Source of the DNA: Blasia pusilla
Lineage: Eukaryota
Length of the DNA: 64,000 nt
Assembly: GCA_050084515.1 (NCBI GenBank)
Contig: CM114271.1
Location: 1,798,001-1,862,000, forward strand
Reading direction: 5' to 3'
In this document: positions 1 through 12,946 of the stretch, one piece after another
Position numbering within the stretch: position 1 is the stretch's first letter
How the letters are laid out: every line of letters starts with the position of its first letter
The notes under the pieces: model-generated
The model's input: the letters and a program-made list of their open reading frames with translations, nothing else
What the model was told of the DNA's origin: nothing
The model's database searches: none
Position numbers and translations under genes: made by a program

Positions 1-383
1 TTAGGAGGTTTCATCCTGGAGATTACGTGTATTTACAGCAGGCGGCACCCACGACACTAGATGTCACTGTAGGGCGCACGATCCTACGTGTGCGCGAGGT
101 ATTACCGACCGGAGTCCTCATGTTGGAGGGATGAGATGGTATGGTTTGGAAGGATCATATGCGCGATTGTGCGCCATGTCATCTTCCGAACGTAGATGGG
201 ACGGTGGATCCAAGCTTGGCAGTGGTACCTGCAGGCTTGAGGTGTATGTTGTGCGGATCTGCGAGGGGTGCAGCCACCATGTTGGTATGTGATGGTTGTT
301 CTCGAGGGTGGCATATGTCATGTCTGACCCCCCCTCTTGATGTGGTTCCCACGGGACGATGGATGTGTCCGAGATGTGTATAG
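1..383 (+). pseudogene. 3' end of Ty3/gypsy-type pol (copy 1): integrase C-terminus plus PHD finger
   Basis: Frame reads RRFHPGDYVYLQQAAPTTLDVTVGRTILRVREVLPTGVLMLEG*DGMVWKDH...CMLCGSARGAATMLVCDGCSRGWHMSCLTPPLDVVPTGRWMCPRCV*, a C4HC3 PHD pattern with one in-frame stop. Clearly homologous to 31441-31823. Confidence 0.9.
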
Positions 384-461
384 GGTAGTAGGTCATGTCA
401 GAGAGATGTGATATTTTCTATCTCGGAGTTAGGGGATCCAACCGCCCCACTAGGGGGCGGT

Positions 462-1222
462 TGTGTGATCTCCATGTATATGTATGAGTTTATTTTTGTA
501 CATGTGTGGATCGACCCGTGTGTGGGGAAGATCGGTGTTGTGTGGTGTAGATGTGACCAGCGATGTATGTTGTGTAGCGATATGTATGCGCACGACATAC
601 GGTGTCATCACATCTCGAGTAGCCGATAGGCCGAGATCTATCGTGGATAGGGCGTAGGAGCCAACGGACTATCTTGAGTGTAACTTTGTCCCACAATGTC
701 GGATGAGGTTGAGGATAGGTCCATTGTGTCAGGACCGTTGTTTCTGATGACTTTCATGTTGAGGTCTTTTACAACCGGGTGACTTGTTGACCAGGTCACC
801 GCCTGGTAACTGTCTTGCGCGCGAGTTACCAAGGGAAGGGCTATTTTTAGGAGAAGAGCCTTTTGGCTCTTCCCAACCTATATAAGAGAGGAAGATGGCT
901 TTCCTAAGCCATCTTTCTCATGTTGGGCCGTTGGAGCACCTCCCTTGTATGTGTGTGAGCTAGGACTAGGGTGCTAGCGTCCGGATTCCTTGATAGCACA
1001 AGGTGGACGAGGCTCGATATGCCGATGTAGATTGAGGAGTGGAGTTTTAGGCCGGGTGTGCCGTTTTTACTACTCTTTATTTTTGTTGTGTGATCTCCAT
1101 GTATATGTATGAGTTCATTTTTGTACATGTGTGGATCGACCCGTGTGTGGGGAAGATCGATGTTGTGTGGTGTAGATGTGACGAGCGATGTATGTTGTGT
1201 AGCGATATGTATGCGCACGACA
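462..1222 (+). repeat. 3' terminal repeat block of copy 1: 136-bp direct repeats (462-597, 1087-1222) flanking a promoter-like segment (603-1086)
   Basis: The two 136-bp copies (TGTGTGATC...GCGCACGACA) differ at 3 positions. Junction is CGACA-TACGG-TGTCATCAC. TATA-like TATATAAG near 879. Confidence 0.9.
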
Positions 1223-3227
1223 ATATGAAAATTGAAAAATATTTAGTCCCATAAGTCAAAATCAGTTAATGCAAGGCTCGATAAAAAAATATTATAGAGG
1301 AATTATGAACTAAATTCATATATCCAATGTATACTAGTATCAATTTAAACTCCACCATACAAGTCCATAACACATCTTTGCAATACCGGTAGAGCCCTCC
1401 AAGGTTGCACAAAAATGGACTTGTTTGCATGTGGGACCCTAAAACCTTTTTTGGTACGTGGGTCACGTGTGCGGGCTTGGGACACAAGAAAAGGTGTGTT
1501 CTTAGATTGAGGATGCAAGGCAAGGACCAAATGGGTATGCGAGCTTAATGCGGGCCAGTATGGGCTCGGCGGGGGTTGGATGCGGGCTAGAAAACGGATG
1601 GCAAGAACCAACAGGGGTCACTAGGCTGGTCTAACCCAAGTCTACGATGAGGTCAGGGTAGGACTAGGTACACGCAGTGGGAACTCGGGCCTGCATGGAC
1701 ATGTCCGTCCTAAGGACGAACATAAGTCTGCAGACACATAATTTTTCCGTGCGCAACCTTGCAGCCTTCCTCTCAAATTCTCTCTTGGGTATCCTACACT
1801 TAAAAATATTGCAATAGGAGGGTAAAAACCCCTCTTGCATATAGTAGTATATATTCAAAATAAATATGAATGGATCTGTGAGAGAAGAAAATAGCCTTGT
1901 GGACTGTATGTACAACTTTCTTTAAATGAGGAGAGTTGTCCTCACCGACCCACAAATAGCTTTGATCATGAAAAATAGGAATAGTCACAATCCAAGCCAC
2001 GCACTCGAAAAATCAACCATGAAAATTTGGAGTGTCAATCCTCTAGCACTAGAAAAAAAATCAAACCATCTTTCATAAGGATAACGAGTTCAATCATGAA
2101 ACTGCAAAATGGCGCCCCGATTTACCCATCTCTACTTCCAAAGATGAAAAATGCATAATCATAAGTGTTGACTAATACAATAGTGGTAAGGCAATGATTC
2201 CCCCTTGAATAGAGAGATGGGCCTAACCATAATGAAGATATTTTTCTTCACATGAAATGGAAAAGCTCGGAGCCTACCTTTAGAATAGATAGAATTGCAA
2301 GGTGACCAAGTGTTGGAAGAACTATTCAAAAATCTCTTATCGTGTGTGAGAGGGAAAAAAGGTTAATTTGTAAGAGGGCATTCCTTGATTTTGAAAACTT
2401 ATTTCAAACCTAAGATCTAAATATAAACAATCGATACTAGTTCGGGGAGTTGTCTTCAAGGTTGTCTTGTGGAAATGCTGAATAGGAAATCAAGGAACAT
2501 CCAATGTTCATACAAAATCCAAATAAATGCAAGAGGGAGGCAACATGATTCCAATTCATCTGAATTTGACTGTTATCTTAGCTCTCTAGATATATACAAC
2601 ATCCAAAACATTTGTGTTAAACTCTCACGAAAGTGGAAAAGAACGTAGGAAATTTTGACTAATCGGACCGAAAGAATCCTCTCTTTTCAAGTGTGACAAC
2701 TCCTTGATCTAAATTATTTTTCTCCTCTATCAAATCATGATAGATTATGAAATATCCATGAATAATTGTAATAAATACCAGAAAAAACTTGGCTAAAGAA
2801 ATATGCAAGCCAAGGTAATAAAAATAATGACAAATGACCTACAACAAAGAAGCTTAATCATGTCCTTGATTCTCATAATTTGGCCGAGCCATCGAGACCT
2901 TCAAATTCAAGGTTTTTGCAAAGTCTGGATTTAGCAATGAAGAGGAAAATATAATCCAAGAGCAACACATTGAAGTAAACTCAAGAACAATTATGGGCAC
3001 AATTTTCATTTCTCTTGAAAGATGTGAGAACCAAAGAACTTTGGCAACTTTGAGTTTTAGATATTCCATGACCTAATAAATTATATAAATAGCAAGAAAG
3101 GCCTCTACAATATTTTCACATCTCAAAGGATCTCTTTGTGTACAATGTGTAGCACTATACATATAATGTTTGCTATGATGACCTAGATACGTTATGGATG
3201 AAGCTTGTGAGATGAATATAATAAGCG

Positions 3228-3425
3228 TTAGTGTAAGCCCATGCGATGCATGGGTTTGAACTTCCTCCCATGATTAACTCTCAAAATTCGCAAATGTCAT
3301 TTTTAAAATCATTTTGAACAATCCCATTGGCTCAGAGGGCGAGCGGTCCTATTGGCTGAATGTGCCAAGTTTCAAGAGGAGAAAAGTTTGCAAAATGAAT
3401 GGGCACTCTCCAATAATAATATAGA
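3228..3425 (-). mobile_element. Non-autonomous mini-Helitron
   Basis: Minus strand begins A|TCTATATTATTATTGGAGAGTG and ends with hairpin CCCATGCATCGCATGGG followed by CTAA. Termini resemble 33324-33569 and 55595-55892. Confidence 0.65.
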
Positions 3426-3889
3426 TGAAACCTTGGTAGGTTTGGGTTGTAGAATTCTCAAAATGTAAGAAATTTAATCATTAGTGATAGAGGCCTATGC
3501 AATAGTGGACAAAGAAGAAGACTCATATCATATATATCGTTCCTTATGCACACACAAGCAAGTGTAGAATAGGAACAAGAGTAGGGAGAATATGGAAAAT
3601 ACAGTGGGGAGGAGGGACTATAAGAGAGGTTCCAAAGTATTTCCAAAGTTCCAAAGCATATCAAGCAAGGAGTGATAGTCAAAGAAGACAATAAGGTTTT
3701 GGAATATTTAATGTTGCAAGTGTTCAAATATAGTAAACACGTTGTAAGGAAGGAAGTAGAATATCTCTTCTTGGTCTTTTTGAATATGCGATCACTTGAA
3801 TGTTACTACCTACTTTTGCTTCTAGGAAGAGTTACACAAAATTTCAATTTACAATACTTGCAATATAAAAGCAAAAAATTGGAGTGAAG

Positions 3890-4423
3890 ATATATTATAT
3901 ATTCCACGTATCCCAAGAGGACGAGCATCGATACTTGCAGTCCAAGAATAATCTATTGGGAAGATGAATTTTCATGTGTAAGTTAATGGACCATTTGGGG
4001 CTATTTATTGGAATTAATTCTTAGAATTACTCTCTTGTTTTGAGCATGGTTGTATTATCTATTGGGATAGTGCCCTTGATATGCTCTGTTGGATTAGGGT
4101 TGGAGAGGTGATTTGTGTGCGCTTATCACCAAGGAGGGACTTTAAAAATATATAAATAAAAACCTATTTTCATAAGATTTTGTGTACCTTTTCTAATAGC
4201 CCAAACCCCTCACTAACTATGAGAGAGGGTTTCGTTTGAGATGGAAGAGATTCTATGAAATATATGCAAGATTTTTGTGATTATTTAATTTATTGGAGAT
4301 TTTTTTTTGGCATATGATCGTATATGTTTTTAGTTTCTATGTTTGAGTGTGATATCTAGTTCGATGAATTGTACGAATGATTACAAGGATGTATGTTGTA
4401 TAGTGATGTGTATGCGCAAGACA
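3890..4423 (+). mobile_element. Degenerate solo terminal-repeat unit related to 603-1222
   Basis: Ends GATGTATGTTGTATAGTGATGTGTATGCGCAAGACA, matching the end of the 136-bp repeat. Internal GTGCGCTTATCACCAAGG resembles GCGCGAGTTACCAAGG. Left boundary uncertain. Confidence 0.5.
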
Positions 4424-5329
4424 ACTTGATAAGAAATTTATTCCCATGAACCAAATTAGAGTACAATATTACCAAAGTTATTTAACAAGTGTAGAGCTAA
4501 TATTTCAAAAGGATTTTTTTTTTTAACAAATTAGTTTAATAGGCCTAGGTTCATATGTCAGCAAGTATAAATTTTTACCAAGTGGATTTTTGAGTAACAC
4601 ATGGAACTATTTAACCTTTGGCTTCAAAAATATTTTCTTACCTTTCTCAAGTACCTTTTTGAGACAACTTACCGGAATGATTATTCTCAGGTAGAAGACA
4701 CAAGGTGAAAAAACTGAAACTTTCCTATTCTAGGAAGCTTGCAATGGCCTTAATAGTATACATTCTAGGATTATTATTTCTTCAAAGTCAAACTTGGATT
4801 TTCCCTCTTTTTTCAAACGTCCATTTGGTCGTCCTCAATTCTTTTTCCATCTTGAATAAACTAAATTTGCAGCCCTTTAAAAAAATTCCCAGCAGTATTT
4901 TGACGAGGTCACAAAAATACTGCAAGGTATCAACTCTATTTCTGAAAATTGAGACAAATGTCTTGCGCCAAAATTAGCCATCCTTTAATAAACTCTAAAA
5001 CTGAAAACAATCCAAAATTTACTAATTATAGACTAATTAACCACATATAAATAATTCCAAAACCCATGCGTAAGTTTTGGCACGTCATTAATAAATAAAT
5101 AGATAAATTTATTATCACCCCTCCTTTGCGAACTTGCGAAGCAGCAGCATCAGCAAGGACCACATCCTCGATATGGGCAGACAAGTTCTCCTGCCACCGC
5201 GAAAGAAGCACCGCTCTCTCCAAATATAGAAAGCCATCCTCCGTGTTACGAAACCGGTCTGCTAGTCTACTCCCCTCCCCAACTAACGTAGATGTCTGCC
5301 AAACAGAGAAGCGAAACGATGAGTATAGT

Positions 5330-5443
5330 AGTATACCGACCGACCTACCTACCTACCTACTTCTCTCCCTATCTACCTATTACATACTTACCTACTAGCC
5401 CTACCGGCCCTACCGGCCCTACCAGCCCTACCAGCCCTACCTA
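5330..5443. repeat. Low-complexity (CCTA)n and (CCCTACCRG)n tandem repeats
   Basis: Directly visible short tandem units. Confidence 0.8.
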
Positions 5444-5939
5444 AACGTAGCTCCAAGCCTCCAACGAACAAAGGGAGCGGGAAAAAGCAACGACTGCGGC
5501 AAACACGTAGTAGTCGTTTTGTTGACGGATGCGTGCGTGCAGAAGTGGTGACGGTATGCATGGCGGCGAGTTGCGTCCCGGCGATGGCGTGTTGGCGTTG
5601 AGAATGCTCGGAAGCGTACGGGCGTTTTTGTCAGTTACGTGTGCGCGTTGCCGTCTTTGTGTGTTGCCTGCCTGCCTGACTCGTTCAAACGGAATCGGGG
5701 GGAGTGGGAGGGCCAGCGATGGAGTTTCCGGTTGTCGGAGTGTATCGGTGTCTAGGTAATTTCTTCAGGCTGGTGTTTTGTTTTGTTTTGTTTTCTCTAC
5801 GGTTTCTAATTTATCAAAGTGTCCTTCACACACACGAGTATAACAACTAATTTTCTTCTCAAGTTCTTTCCTCTCAAGGTTGCACATTGGATCGGTGTTA
5901 TTATGAGGGGTTTTCGTTTCTCTTTTGAATTGTAGAATC

Positions 5940-7800
5940 CATTTTTGAATTATTAATTTTTTTTGAAAGAGGACAAAATAATGCAACAAAATTCCGCGGA
6001 AGGAAAGAGGGAGGAAAAGCAAAAAAGGCTACATGCGGACGCCTGAACCAATTTCGCGAGTTTTGCGATGAATAGTTTGAAACAAATTAGACATAAACAC
6101 TAGTGATTGGTTGCATGTGAGTGGACAATGAGGTGAGTGGCCACCAACCACTTGGGTTCCACGTATCAACGCCAGTGATTGTGCAGGTTCACGTTGTAGT
6201 GCTATTGAGATAAATTGACGAAAAGAAGTGGTGACAACGAAGAGAGAAGAACTATGAGAAGGGGCGAGTTGACGATTCTTGAAGGAATGGTGAGCGCTTG
6301 TTTTCAGTTAAGTACCAAAAGATGTATGTAAGTACCAAAAAAATTCCACTGTAAAAGGAATAAATCCATTGGTTGCATGTCTCACTCCATAACTTAACTC
6401 CTTCATTCTTACTATTGCATCCATTGCGAAACCTTTAATATGTGCAACCCAATACAAAAAGTTAGAATATGTTGAATCAACAACCACAACATCATCCAAT
6501 AGATAAAGCCGTCTCGAGATATAATAAGATCAACTCCTTCACAAGGTTGCTTCTGTAGTAGAAGGTAGGATATATAGCTTCTCTTGCCAAGTAATGTTCC
6601 ATGTAATACGAGGCACTCATGTTACTAAGTCTTTGATCACATTGTGGATTGTCGTTCATTCTTCACCATGTGCTCATCGAAGATATGGATACCCTTTGCA
6701 TTAATGGGCCTTCCACGTACTCAATTAAACATACCTAAAAGAGAAGGACGAGGAACTCCAAGGTGTAATCACAAAACTACTGAGATTATACTCCGTGGAA
6801 GACCAATTAGAAGAATACGAGGATTTGCAATAAACCATCCCCCACGCTTGTACCCACACACACATGCATACAAGCTCGATGCGTCTTAGAGGATTCCCCA
6901 GAGAGAATGTTGGTAAAGTTGATTTGGTGCAAATTCTCAGAAAAAAGCTTTTGAAGTCAATCAAACCCTTATGTGATCAATTGATTGAAACATGATAGAA
7001 TGGCTTGTGTAGCAAGTGGAAGAAGATCCTCGGTAGATCTTAGATGTTTTTGGAATAATAGACTCCCCTCCTATACATGGGTCACATGATCCATCAAGAT
7101 AGGTGCATCTCCTTGGAGAAACCTTGAAGAAAAACCCCACACCTCCATAGAAATAGGAAAGATATCTTATCTTGATATCATTACCTCTTTAAAATATATT
7201 TAGACCAAGAATTTGATCAAAATTTGCCATGATAGAAGAGTCAAAAGAGGCCAACTGATGTGAACTCTGAAATGAGAGGATAAGAGTAACAAAGCTAAGA
7301 CAAATATCATAGAAGATACTATGAGAGAATCCCATAAGCCACTTAAGTATCCCATAGCTGAGGAAAAAAATGAAGCCATTCTTCAATTTTCAAAATGCCT
7401 CATCCAAGAACTTAGTTACATAGTCTATAAAGCCATTTGGGACAACAAGGATTTGAGCTCCTTTGGTACAGATGATATAATCACAAGGAGGTGGAGTGAA
7501 TTTTAAGGGAAGGTATGAAGGAGACGATATTCGATATTTACTAGGTTGGACTTTAAGGTTTATAATAAACAATTGCTCCACAAAATGGATAAAAGCAAGA
7601 ACCAATTTAGAAGAAGGACCTATAATACGAGTATCATAAAAAATACAAGGGAAGAAAAAAATGGCCTAGCTATGGGATCACCTTGACGCATGCCATATGT
7701 TGATTGGAGAATACTATATTCTCGAGAAGTAGCATGGTGAGAATAGATAATGAGCGTATCCCAGACAAGGTTGCATGTGGATAAAGTTAGTGGTCGCAGA
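5940..7800 (-). mobile_element. Decayed, 5'-truncated CRE-like non-LTR retrotransposon (RT plus restriction-like endonuclease)
   Basis: Fragments GMRQGDPIARP, DDVVVVD...KELSYGVRHATNGFIPF and LGVPRPS are collinear with the better-preserved copy at 41590-43555. Many stops and deletions. Confidence 0.8.
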
Positions 7801-8122
7801 CATGTCCACATTCATTTTATGAAAGAACTTGTCTATGCAGATCCCACCTTCCCCTTCTTTCTCATCCCCCCACTTGCCTCCGTGTTCCATTTCTTCCTCC
7901 TCCCAACTCTACTCCGTCCTCCCTTATTGCCTTGCCTGCCTCAGCCTTGCCTTCCACCATGAGTTATAAGTGTAGGTCCCACTTCTTGTAATCCATGTCC
8001 GTGGATGTGTCTAGTTTTGTAGAAAACTGCTAAAGAATCATAATTGGTGGGAAACGGCTCTCACACTCATACACCACTATGGAGAACAAAATTTTGCTAT
8101 GAAAGAATGAGTGGAGGCTGGT

Positions 8123-9129
8123 TGTCGCGCCCCTACTCTCCTTGAACGTCAATCTTTAGTGTTGCGGAAGCGTACGTTCAGTAGGTCACGATCTCATCGC
8201 CAATCTGCACCCAAACACACACTCTAGTTAGTCGGGTCTGGGCCAACCAGCGTTCCAACCCACCGAGTCCTCAACTCGGCGTCTCATCAAGCTCAACCTT
8301 CCTTAGTTCCTAGTTTCCAAAACACGGCAAGTCCTTCAAGACTTGGAACAGACTTCCTGGTTAGTCCAGGGATCTGAAACGGCACTTGCGCGCCTAGCAA
8401 TCCCAACTGTTCAACGGACCTCGTGTGAGTTCCAAACCGAGACCCAAGTAATTGAGTCGCAGTGTGAAATCCAAGAGGGATGTCTAAAATCACCTCAATA
8501 GACTTGGTGCAAGTTTTCCAACCCAACCCCCAAACTCGCGTTCCGATCCATGCCCTTGAGCCGCCCCGCGGCGCCCAAAGTGGGGTTCGGGTTCCAAGCA
8601 CTCTCGAAGACCTTCCCCCTTACTATTACTTCTGGGGTTCTCCAATAATCCCCCCCCCCCCTTTGGAAGAGGAAGGTCGGGCCCTTCATTGTGGCCCTCA
8701 ACCCGACTCTACTTATAGTCATTTATGGGTTGTTTCTCAGCCGCTGCTGAAGCGTTTGTAGAGATCTTTAGTGCATTTGAACCGACTTTCCATAAGATTT
8801 CTAACGCATCCTTATTTAATCCAAACGCATCTTGGCGCTAAAAGTTATGGCCATAAATACAGTCAGAAACTCTCAAACGCTAGTGGCATTCCAAATCCGG
8901 ATTCTTCCTTTGGCAACCCACTTCCTAGACTCAACTTCTTTCAAGTCTCATTCCGTGTTTGGTCCAGGTTTCTCGGTCGCGACCACAACATCTTAAACGC
9001 GAAGCCTCGCTTGCGTCTCGTCTCTTGTCTCCTCTTTGAGACTACTCCAACGCGCAAACTATCTTAGCGTGAGCCCGCTAATGTTCCGATGTTCCGCTTG
9101 GCACTCGTTTGGTCATGAGGGTCGCGACA
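8123..9129 (-). mobile_element. Solo LTR, 1007 bp
   Basis: TGTCGCG...CGCGACA inverted termini with an exact 5-bp TSD CTGGT at 8118-8122 and 9130-9134. Orientation inferred from a minus-strand TATAAG near 8717. Confidence 0.85.
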
Positions 9130-12100
9130 CTGGTCCCCTTCTCAATTATATAGGGTATGTACAAGAAACCCTAACCCTAATCTTAACCGTAGTCTCGAGT
9201 TAGACTACTTGTGATTAACTAACCCTAGTTAAGATAATCGTGCTTAACTGACTAACCAAGATTAAGCTTCCCTACTTCGTGTGAGTACCAAATGTAGCAG
9301 TTTGGATGTCTGATGAGCTTGCATGTATCTCAATCTTTAATAGATTTGTCTGTCCATGTCCGTCTTAGGGATGGACTTGTCTGTTCTTGTGCGACCATGA
9401 TAATAGGCATAGAAGGAGCAGAAAAATGGAATGAGACTCGCTAGCTGTAGAGTTTATGAATTTTGACAAGACTACTCTTTTGCATCCTTGTACTTAATAC
9501 AAAACTCTTAGCATAGGATTTCTTATTAATTTCCCCTTTCAAAATTTCTCATTTATAAACTTATCTTAAGTTAAATTATTCTTGGGAAAATCATCCCTTC
9601 CAATGACACCATCTTAGTTTTAGCGGGAAAAAAATCCATGTTTCCTCCTTATCACCTAGAAATCATTTTTTTCATTTCATTTCTTCGTTATTGGGATTTT
9701 TTTCATCATTCCCCTCCTTGCCTCTCCACTTCGTTCGTTGAAAAAATAAAATTATCTTATCTTCTCTTTGAAAATCTCATATGATAAATATTTTTTCTTG
9801 AATTTTTTAATATCCTTAAATTTGCAATAACTATTCTTTGAGTGAGTCATACATATTACTAGAGTATCATGCTTGTAATGCCCATGGATTTTCACTCTTT
9901 TACTTGAATTCATTATGTTCCTTGTTCACATTCCTAAAGATTTTTTTTAGGAGTTTAGAAATACTTATAGTCTAAGAATATAAATTACTTTCCAAAATGG
10001 AACATAAGATAGGAGAAATACCAAGAAATAGTTTTATTACATAAGTAAAATTTCATCGAGAAAGAAAAATCTGAAATAAGAAAGAATAAGAAGATCCCCC
10101 AAAAACTTGGAGAGAGAGGACTTCAAAAATTAAAGAACATCAAGATCGCGTCCTTCTTGGAAAATTTAAAGAAATCAAGAGGGAAAGGATGTAAGAAATA
10201 TAATAAAGATTGAAAAGAAATGGCAACAAACCACTAATTGCACATGATGTTAAGAGAGGATATGTCATTAATTTGTTAACACTGTCTCATATTTTAGGAT
10301 AGATTGGTGAGATCTAGTAGAGCGCCCTTCTCAAGTACTGGAGGACAGGCTCAAGAGGTTGAGGATGACTTGCTGAGGCCCCGAGAAACCTGAGAGAGCA
10401 GGTTTCCCTTTCGTTTCGGATCATTTGGAGCCATATTAAGGAACTTACTATTTTAGATAAGTACCATTTTGAGCATATGGTCGACTTTCTATTTTTGATA
10501 AGTGGTCCTTGACCTGCTACATCAGGTCAAGACCCAAGGAGGTGACTTGGGAGCAAAGGTTACCATGGAGAGAGCTTGGGGGAGGGAAGGGGTATACCTC
10601 AAGGAGAGAGAGTTTGAGAGCTCATTCTCTCTTTGTTGAACCTCTTGGCATGAGTTGGCGGAGCTATGATCTTGCTTGCCTTGTGTGTGTAACCCAAGCC
10701 TCTCATTAGGAGAGTGGGTTTGGTTTGACATTGAGAGAGACATGTGAGAGTGCACACATTTGAGAGTTATGGTGTTGAGAGAGATTGGATCTTGATTTAC
10801 AAAGAGAGAATGAGATGAGTGAGAGAGCTTCATGGGGGAGCTCGCTGGTCACTCGCTGGTTTTGCAAGTTGGGGATGGTGTTCCCCATTCAGCGGTTCAT
10901 GGGAGTGCTCCTCGGAGCCAGAGCCGCTCATTTTTTTGTTTCCTTTGCCGATTTTTCGTTGCAGAAGAGTGGCGCGTAGAAGCGCTGCCCAAGTTTTGAT
11001 AGGGATTGAGTATTGGGGCCAATTTCCCCATGCTGGTGCTCTCGGGAGCACCATGTACCGTGCTGATTTTTATTTTCATAGGTTTTAAATTTTTGTTGGG
11101 AGAAATCAGTGTGGAAGCGCTACCAAAATTTATGGAGGTGAAAGACACGTTGGGCTTTACGACAGTCCCCGTCAATTTTTACTGGAATGCCTTATTCAAA
11201 ATATTTTTTGACTTTGTTGTAGATCGTGAAGCTATGTACGCTGTGCAATGGTGCGCAATTGGGAGTTGCAAGCAAAAAGTTGTAGTCAATCTTGCAAAAT
11301 TGCCATTGCTAGGCGATTTTTAGGGTTAAATTGTTCAAACCCTAAACCAGCCGTCGTGCCGGCGGCGGCCGTAGCCATCATAGTCATCACCAATCGGGTT
11401 ATGGTGTCTGAGTTTTCATTTCATGTTGCTATGTTGTGATCGATAGCCGCTCGACGATGATCGAGTACCGTGCCGTGACGCCTGTAGCCGCAACGCGCCG
11501 CTTGTGGCCGCACCGCACCATCTCGATCGTGGAGCCGCTCCTTCAATAAGGAGTAGAGCGTGTGAATTTCTGATTGAGGAGGGTATACTACTGAGTGCCG
11601 CATCCCATTCCCGAGTGCTGTGCCATTTGTAGTCGTTCTGTGCCGCCAGTGCCGCACCAAACCTGCACCATACATCGAGGAGGTTTGAGCAGCATTAGTA
11701 TGAGAGAAGTATAACTTGTTGATTGGAGGATTTGTCTTCACGATTGAGTTGGAGTCGAGATTTGCAGTTGCCGAGGAGCGACATCGACATTATTGTCAGG
11801 TTACCCATTTTGGTCTCTTACCTTGCATGTGTGAGGGATTTCCGAGTATTGGGAAGTTATTTGGGATATTGGGTTTCATGTTGATGTTGAGAGCATCGAT
11901 GATGTATGGGTTTAGGGGACATAGACCTATGTGGGATGTCCTGAGTTGAGGATGGTTTGTCGATGAGACGATAGATCAGTTGATTTGCCGCACCACGCTG
12001 CTTGTAATCGCACAACACACGTCTTAGTGACAGAGTGTAGATTGAGTGCCGTATGTTTAATTTGAGTGATTGAGGGATTACTCGCGAGATTGAGAGTGAT

Positions 12101-12249
12101 CGTGTGATAGGGGCACGAGGGCAGTCACGGCGTCCTTTCAAGATTTTGAGAGGCGAGGTAGTGGACCTGAGAGTAGCTCTTGAGGGTTTACCCGGAGTGG
12201 TGCAAGGTTTCGAGGATCTCCACGTGAGAGACCACCTCGATCTCCTTCT

Positions 12250-12552
12250 GTGTCATCTTTAGACGAGGGGGAGCATGTAGAGGAGTGTGCTGGTGATCCA
12301 CCGTACACATTGAGTGGTCCTACCCGTTGGGCGTACAAGATGGACGACCGAGGTAGAGGACCGCGTAGGTTTTCGGGTGTTGTAGGCACTATAGAGCTAC
12401 ACGACTTCATTGCAGAGTTTAGGAGTTGGTGTGACTCACAACGGGCTAGGAACTCTAGAGAGTTCAACCCTTTTACAGCATGGAACGGTATGTTCTAGCA
12501 TTTAGAGGGGGCGCCCATGGACTATTACCATGAGTTCTCCCACAGATATGCC
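12250..12552 (+). pseudogene. gag, 5' part (before the DNA transposon insertion)
   Basis: GPRRFSGVVGTIELHDFIAEFRSWCD...F*HLEGAPMDYYHEFSHRYA. The frame continues as QEIEAWRLYYDPHY at 25043 once the insertion and one TSD copy are removed. Confidence 0.8.
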
Positions 12553-12946
12553 GAGGTGCGGTAAGAGGAGAGGAAGAGAGGAGAGAGGAGAGAGGAAACT
12601 ACCTTCAACCAAAAGAGATACTTTTTTTTGAAGAGAGTTTCCGTTGGGTTGAAAAGAGGAAACTTTTTGTGTGAAATTTTTTGCACTTTTTTGCTCAGTT
12701 ATTAAGCAGTCCCACATTTGTTTTTCCTCTTCCATATTTTGGCAACCCATGTGAGTCCGACGAGTTGCAAATTGCACAAAATTTAGAAAACTGAAAAATT
12801 AGTGGAATCATAAGTGTGGAACCAATCACTTTTTCCGTCCAAGGTATGGAAAAAATCTATCATTTGCCCCGGGCAAAATAGAGTTGAAGCTCAAAGTGAA
12901 GATTCTGGAAAACTGAAAGTACAATCTAAAACCTCATTTTGCATCC

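Noticed and set aside
1380-3100. Possible decayed DNA transposon or Helitron coding relic; palindrome ATGTCCGTCCTAAGGACG resembles a sequence near 9355
   Set aside because: Too degenerate to assign a family or boundaries.
11030-11265. Candidate tRNA primer-binding sites (TGGTGCTCTCGGG, TGGTGCGCAATTGGG)
   Set aside because: I could not match them to a tRNA 3' end from memory, and neither follows a recognisable LTR end.
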